Below the pieces are notes generated by a model. The model had not been told where the DNA came from, did no database searches, and saw nothing but the letters and a program-made list of their open reading frames with translations. From an uncultured Erysipelotrichaceae bacterium (GTDB lineage Bacteria; Bacillota_I; Bacilli_A; RFN20; CAG-826), in assembly GCA_947166565.1 (NCBI GenBank), contig CAMVEL010000007.1, positions 7,323 to 71,322 of the forward strand: a DNA stretch of 64,000 nt, read 5' to 3'. Both the position numbers and the translations under genes were made by a program. Positions 61,494 through 64,000 of this stretch are shown piece after piece (within the stretch, counting starts at the first letter, position 1; each line of letters opens with the position of its first letter).

Positions 61494-61523
61494 TAAAGGC
61501 CCGAATCAAACGGGCCTTTAATT
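61494..61523. terminator. Bidirectional intrinsic terminator between the convergent GNAT and GH43 genes
   Basis: aaaggcccg-aatcaaa-cgggccttt with flanking A/T runs. Confidence 0.6.
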
Positions 61524-61534
61524 TGTTTAATTGA

Positions 61535-63004
61535 TTAGGCGTTTAGGCTGTAATGGTCGCGTATGCGCGCACATTCCTCCGCGGTTAAGCGCATGATTGT
61601 GCCGTGGCGCTTGGTTAAACGATCCCAGCTGTAATCCTTATCTTCACCGGCGGAAAGCATGCGCCACGAACCGTTCTCGTTATGGATGTCTTCGATGTTG
61701 GTCGTAGCAAAAGGAAGATACCCTGCACCGGAATTCATGTATTGGTCGCCCATAAGACCATATTCGGGGACGTCTTGATTGGTCCTGTCGTCGCGGTTAT
61801 AGATGAACCATTCCGGTCCTTCTAGGTTTTTGTTGGAAGCAGGAGCGGAACCTCCCCATCCACCAGAAACCTTAAAGCCCGTATCAGCGAGATTGCCAAT
61901 TCTCTCCCAACTTTCATGATCGAAGAGATTCGTGGTTTTTTGAATGAGGATACCCCCTCCATCGACGTTGTTATCCCCGTCTTTGACGGCGGAATAATAA
62001 GTGCTTCCCAAACGGAGGATAGAGGCATCGATGACGATGCGTCTGCCTTCGTCCTGATTGTTGATTAAAAGTTTAGGCTCGGAGATATGAATGAAGTCGC
62101 GGGTTGTTACATAGTAAATAGCGTCTTTCTCGATCTTTTCCGAGTGGTCTTCGTTGACTAAGCAGGAAGCGAAGAAGATGACGTATTGCCCACTTTCCTC
62201 GTGGTAGATCATCTCGGGGGCCCAGGCCATCCCGGCGTTAGAAGGCGCAACCTCCAATAGACGTGACTCACTCCAATTTATTAAATCGCGGGATTCCCAG
62301 AAAACGAGTGAATGGCTACCGTTTTTTGAGAATTTGTCGTTCGTGTTCGCGCCCCAACCACCGCGAGTATAGACTGATAAGTCGGTCGCGACGATGAAGA
62401 AACGGTCGCCTTCTGGCGAACGCATCATAAATGGATCGCGAACGCCGTGTTCGCCGACAGTGCTTGAAAGAATGGGGTTGTTCCTCGTGCTTAAATCCTT
62501 GAAATGGAGACCTTTCCCTTGGTCGGCGAAGGCGAAATACATCTGTTCGCCAACGGCGATTTTCTCTCCGTTTTCCTCTTTTCCGTCTTCACTGATGAAA
62601 TGTCCGAACATATAGCCGACGTAATCTTCGTCCTTGATGTTCTTTTCTAGGGCTTTGACGGTCACTGTTTGGGCAAAGGAAGCGCAGCTTTTCTTTTCCT
62701 CGTCTTTGATAGTCGCGGTAAGCTTGACCTCGGTGTCGGTTTCCTTGCGGTGGACGACGCCAGCTTCCATTTGTTCTTCTTTCTTATCGGAGATAACTGC
62801 GGGGTCGCTGCTCTTCCATTCTATTTGTTTTCCATCGACTTCCGTCGGCAAATAGATGTTTCCATATATTTCGTTAGCGTTAGCAATGGTTAGTTCCTTT
62901 ACCAGTTCCTCATCCATTGGATCGCATGGCTTTTCGCCGTTCCCGCACGAAATGAGTCCGGCGCATAAAAGGCCTGCAAAGAATAAGCTTGATTTCCCGT
63001 TCAT
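61535..63004 (-). CDS. Secreted lipoprotein, glycoside hydrolase family 43-like beta-propeller (arabinanase/xylosidase type) with an N-terminal Ig-like domain
   Basis: Lipobox LISCG. It has GH43 catalytic motifs: VRDPFMM (base Asp), WAPE and LEGPE (acid Glu). Confidence 0.65.
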   Translation of the reverse strand: MNGKSSLFFAGLLCAGLISCGNGEKPCDPMDEELVKELTIANANEIYGNIYLPTEVDGKQIEWKSSDPAVISDKKEEQMEAGVVHRKETDTEVKLTATIKDEEKKSCASFAQTVTVKALEKNIKDEDYVGYMFGHFISEDGKEENGEKIAVGEQMYFAFADQGKGLHFKDLSTRNNPILSSTVGEHGVRDPFMMRSPEGDRFFIVATDLSVYTRGGWGANTNDKFSKNGSHSLVFWESRDLINWSESRLLEVAPSNAGMAWAPEMIYHEESGQYVIFFASCLVNEDHSEKIEKDAIYYVTTRDFIHISEPKLLINNQDEGRRIVIDASILRLGSTYYSAVKDGDNNVDGGGILIQKTTNLFDHESWERIGNLADTGFKVSGGWGGSAPASNKNLEGPEWFIYNRDDRTNQDVPEYGLMGDQYMNSGAGYLPFATTNIEDIHNENGSWRMLSAGEDKDYSWDRLTKRHGTIMRLTAEECARIRDHYSLNA

Positions 63005-63186
63005 AGAATAAACCTCTTCACTAAGTTAAAAACATATTAGGAAGCCTTTAATTACATTTAAACGACATTTTTGCGGAGTTGGCATCGATTTATTAAAGCA
63101 TAGGCCATTTCTTTGGGGGCTTCCTTCTAGGAACTGCTGATATTTGAGATTGCTATTGATGGGGAAAGGCGGATAATCAAAGGGCT

Positions 63187-64000
63187 ATGAAAAATCCGTC
63201 TAAGAAAAAATCACTTTTGGGTCTGAGTCTTCTTTTATCGACCCTTCTAATTGCTTCATGTGGGCCGACTCCCGTCAACACGTCGGATACGACGAGCGAA
63301 AGCCAAACAAGCACCACCAAAGAGGCCAGCACTCCCTCCGAGTGGTCTAGCGAGAGCGAGACTTCCGTTGAACCCAAGACCTCAACCGAAACGACCGAAC
63401 CTTCTAGTGAATCAAGCCCATCTAGCGAAACCGAATCCTCTCCCATCGAATCTTCGGAAACCTCATCCGAAGAACCTGAATCCTCTTCAACCGAATCCTA
63501 TGAGACCATAGAGACCTCTGAGTCTTATGAAACAGAAGAGACCTCATCTTCCCAAACATCTTCTTCCGCCAATCCAGACGTAAAGGATTGGAACCTCGAT
63601 TTCTCTAAATATGGGACCGCCTTCCTTTCAGATTTGTCCGCTCTTGTTTTGGGGTCTGGAGAAGTCGCTTCCTATAGTAAACATACCACGATTGGACCCA
63701 AGGCCGCGGCTTGGCCAAACGATAATTCGACGACGTTTATCCCTTTCTATCACGAAGCGAAAGCAGGACAAGAGACAACCTATTCTGAATGCAACCGCGA
63801 ACATACCTGGCCAGATTCTCGTGGTGGAGGAATGTTTGATGATGATCCCGTCATGGTAAGGCCAACCCTTAAGGCGGATAACTCCGATAGAGGCAATAAG
63901 TTCTATGGCGTTGGCTCTGGTGAATGGGACCCTTCCTCCTGCGGATATGAAGGGGCAAGAGGAGAATCCGCGAGGATCATCCTCTATTGCGCGGTTGCTT
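63187..64000 (+). CDS. Lipoprotein with a Ser/Thr/Glu-rich low-complexity linker and a C-terminal endonuclease I / Bsn-family extracellular nuclease domain; 3' end beyond the window
   Basis: Frame 1 is open from the ATG at 63187 to the window end; the ORF track omits it because it is truncated. Lipobox LLIASCG. The nuclease motifs are NREHTWPDSRGG, ADNSDRGNKFYG and EWDPSSCGYEGARGESARIILYC. Confidence 0.65.
   Translation, partial: MKNPSKKKSLLGLSLLLSTLLIASCGPTPVNTSDTTSESQTSTTKEASTPSEWSSESETSVEPKTSTETTEPSSESSPSSETESSPIESSETSSEEPESSSTESYETIETSESYETEETSSSQTSSSANPDVKDWNLDFSKYGTAFLSDLSALVLGSGEVASYSKHTTIGPKAAAWPNDNSTTFIPFYHEAKAGQETTYSECNREHTWPDSRGGGMFDDDPVMVRPTLKADNSDRGNKFYGVGSGEWDPSSCGYEGARGESARIILYCAVA

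Overview
This 64 kb window is chromosomal DNA from around the replication origin (oriC) of a low-GC Gram-positive bacterium (Bacillota). The window is about 45% GC. No sporulation genes are present, UGA is used as a stop codon, and many encoded proteins are lipoproteins. On the minus strand lies the classic dnaA-dnaN-yaaA-recF-gyrB-gyrA block, followed by a GT4-like glycosyltransferase, serS, an activase/dehydratase-like pair, tadA and a truncated MacB-like ABC gene. On the plus strand, starting beside dnaA, lie rpmH-rnpA-yidC-jag-mnmE, then tatD-rnmV-rsmA-ispE-glmU, a membrane GGDEF protein, ppdK (minus), an FGGY kinase, tetR, a DUF368 protein, flavodoxin-pth-mfd-yabO-tilS-ftsH-dus, a Mug/TDG-like glycosylase, a marR gene with a heterodimeric ABC exporter, an AT-rich hypothetical HTH gene, lysS, rpsF-ssb-rpsR, a cation/H+ antiporter, an ABC-2 exporter operon (minus), and a string of accessory genes. 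The accessory genes include an AlkD-like repair protein, a DUF1295 protein, a GNAT, a GH43 lipoprotein and a nuclease lipoprotein. I found no rRNA, tRNA, CRISPR array, transposase or integrase. The clearest unexplained signals are threefold. First, a family of about 45-90 bp palindromic terminator-like repeats occurs four times within 4.6 kb around the antiporter and ABC-2 genes, two of the copies bounding a 410 bp gene-free block. Second, the antiporter has a structured leader with a perfect 9-nt anti-Shine-Dalgarno segment. Third, a TilS homolog at the syntenic position has a 2-residue insertion in its PP-loop. Gene calls rest on recognisable motifs and conserved synteny; start codons were adjusted where the ORF track began at GTG/TTG or at implausible upstream positions.
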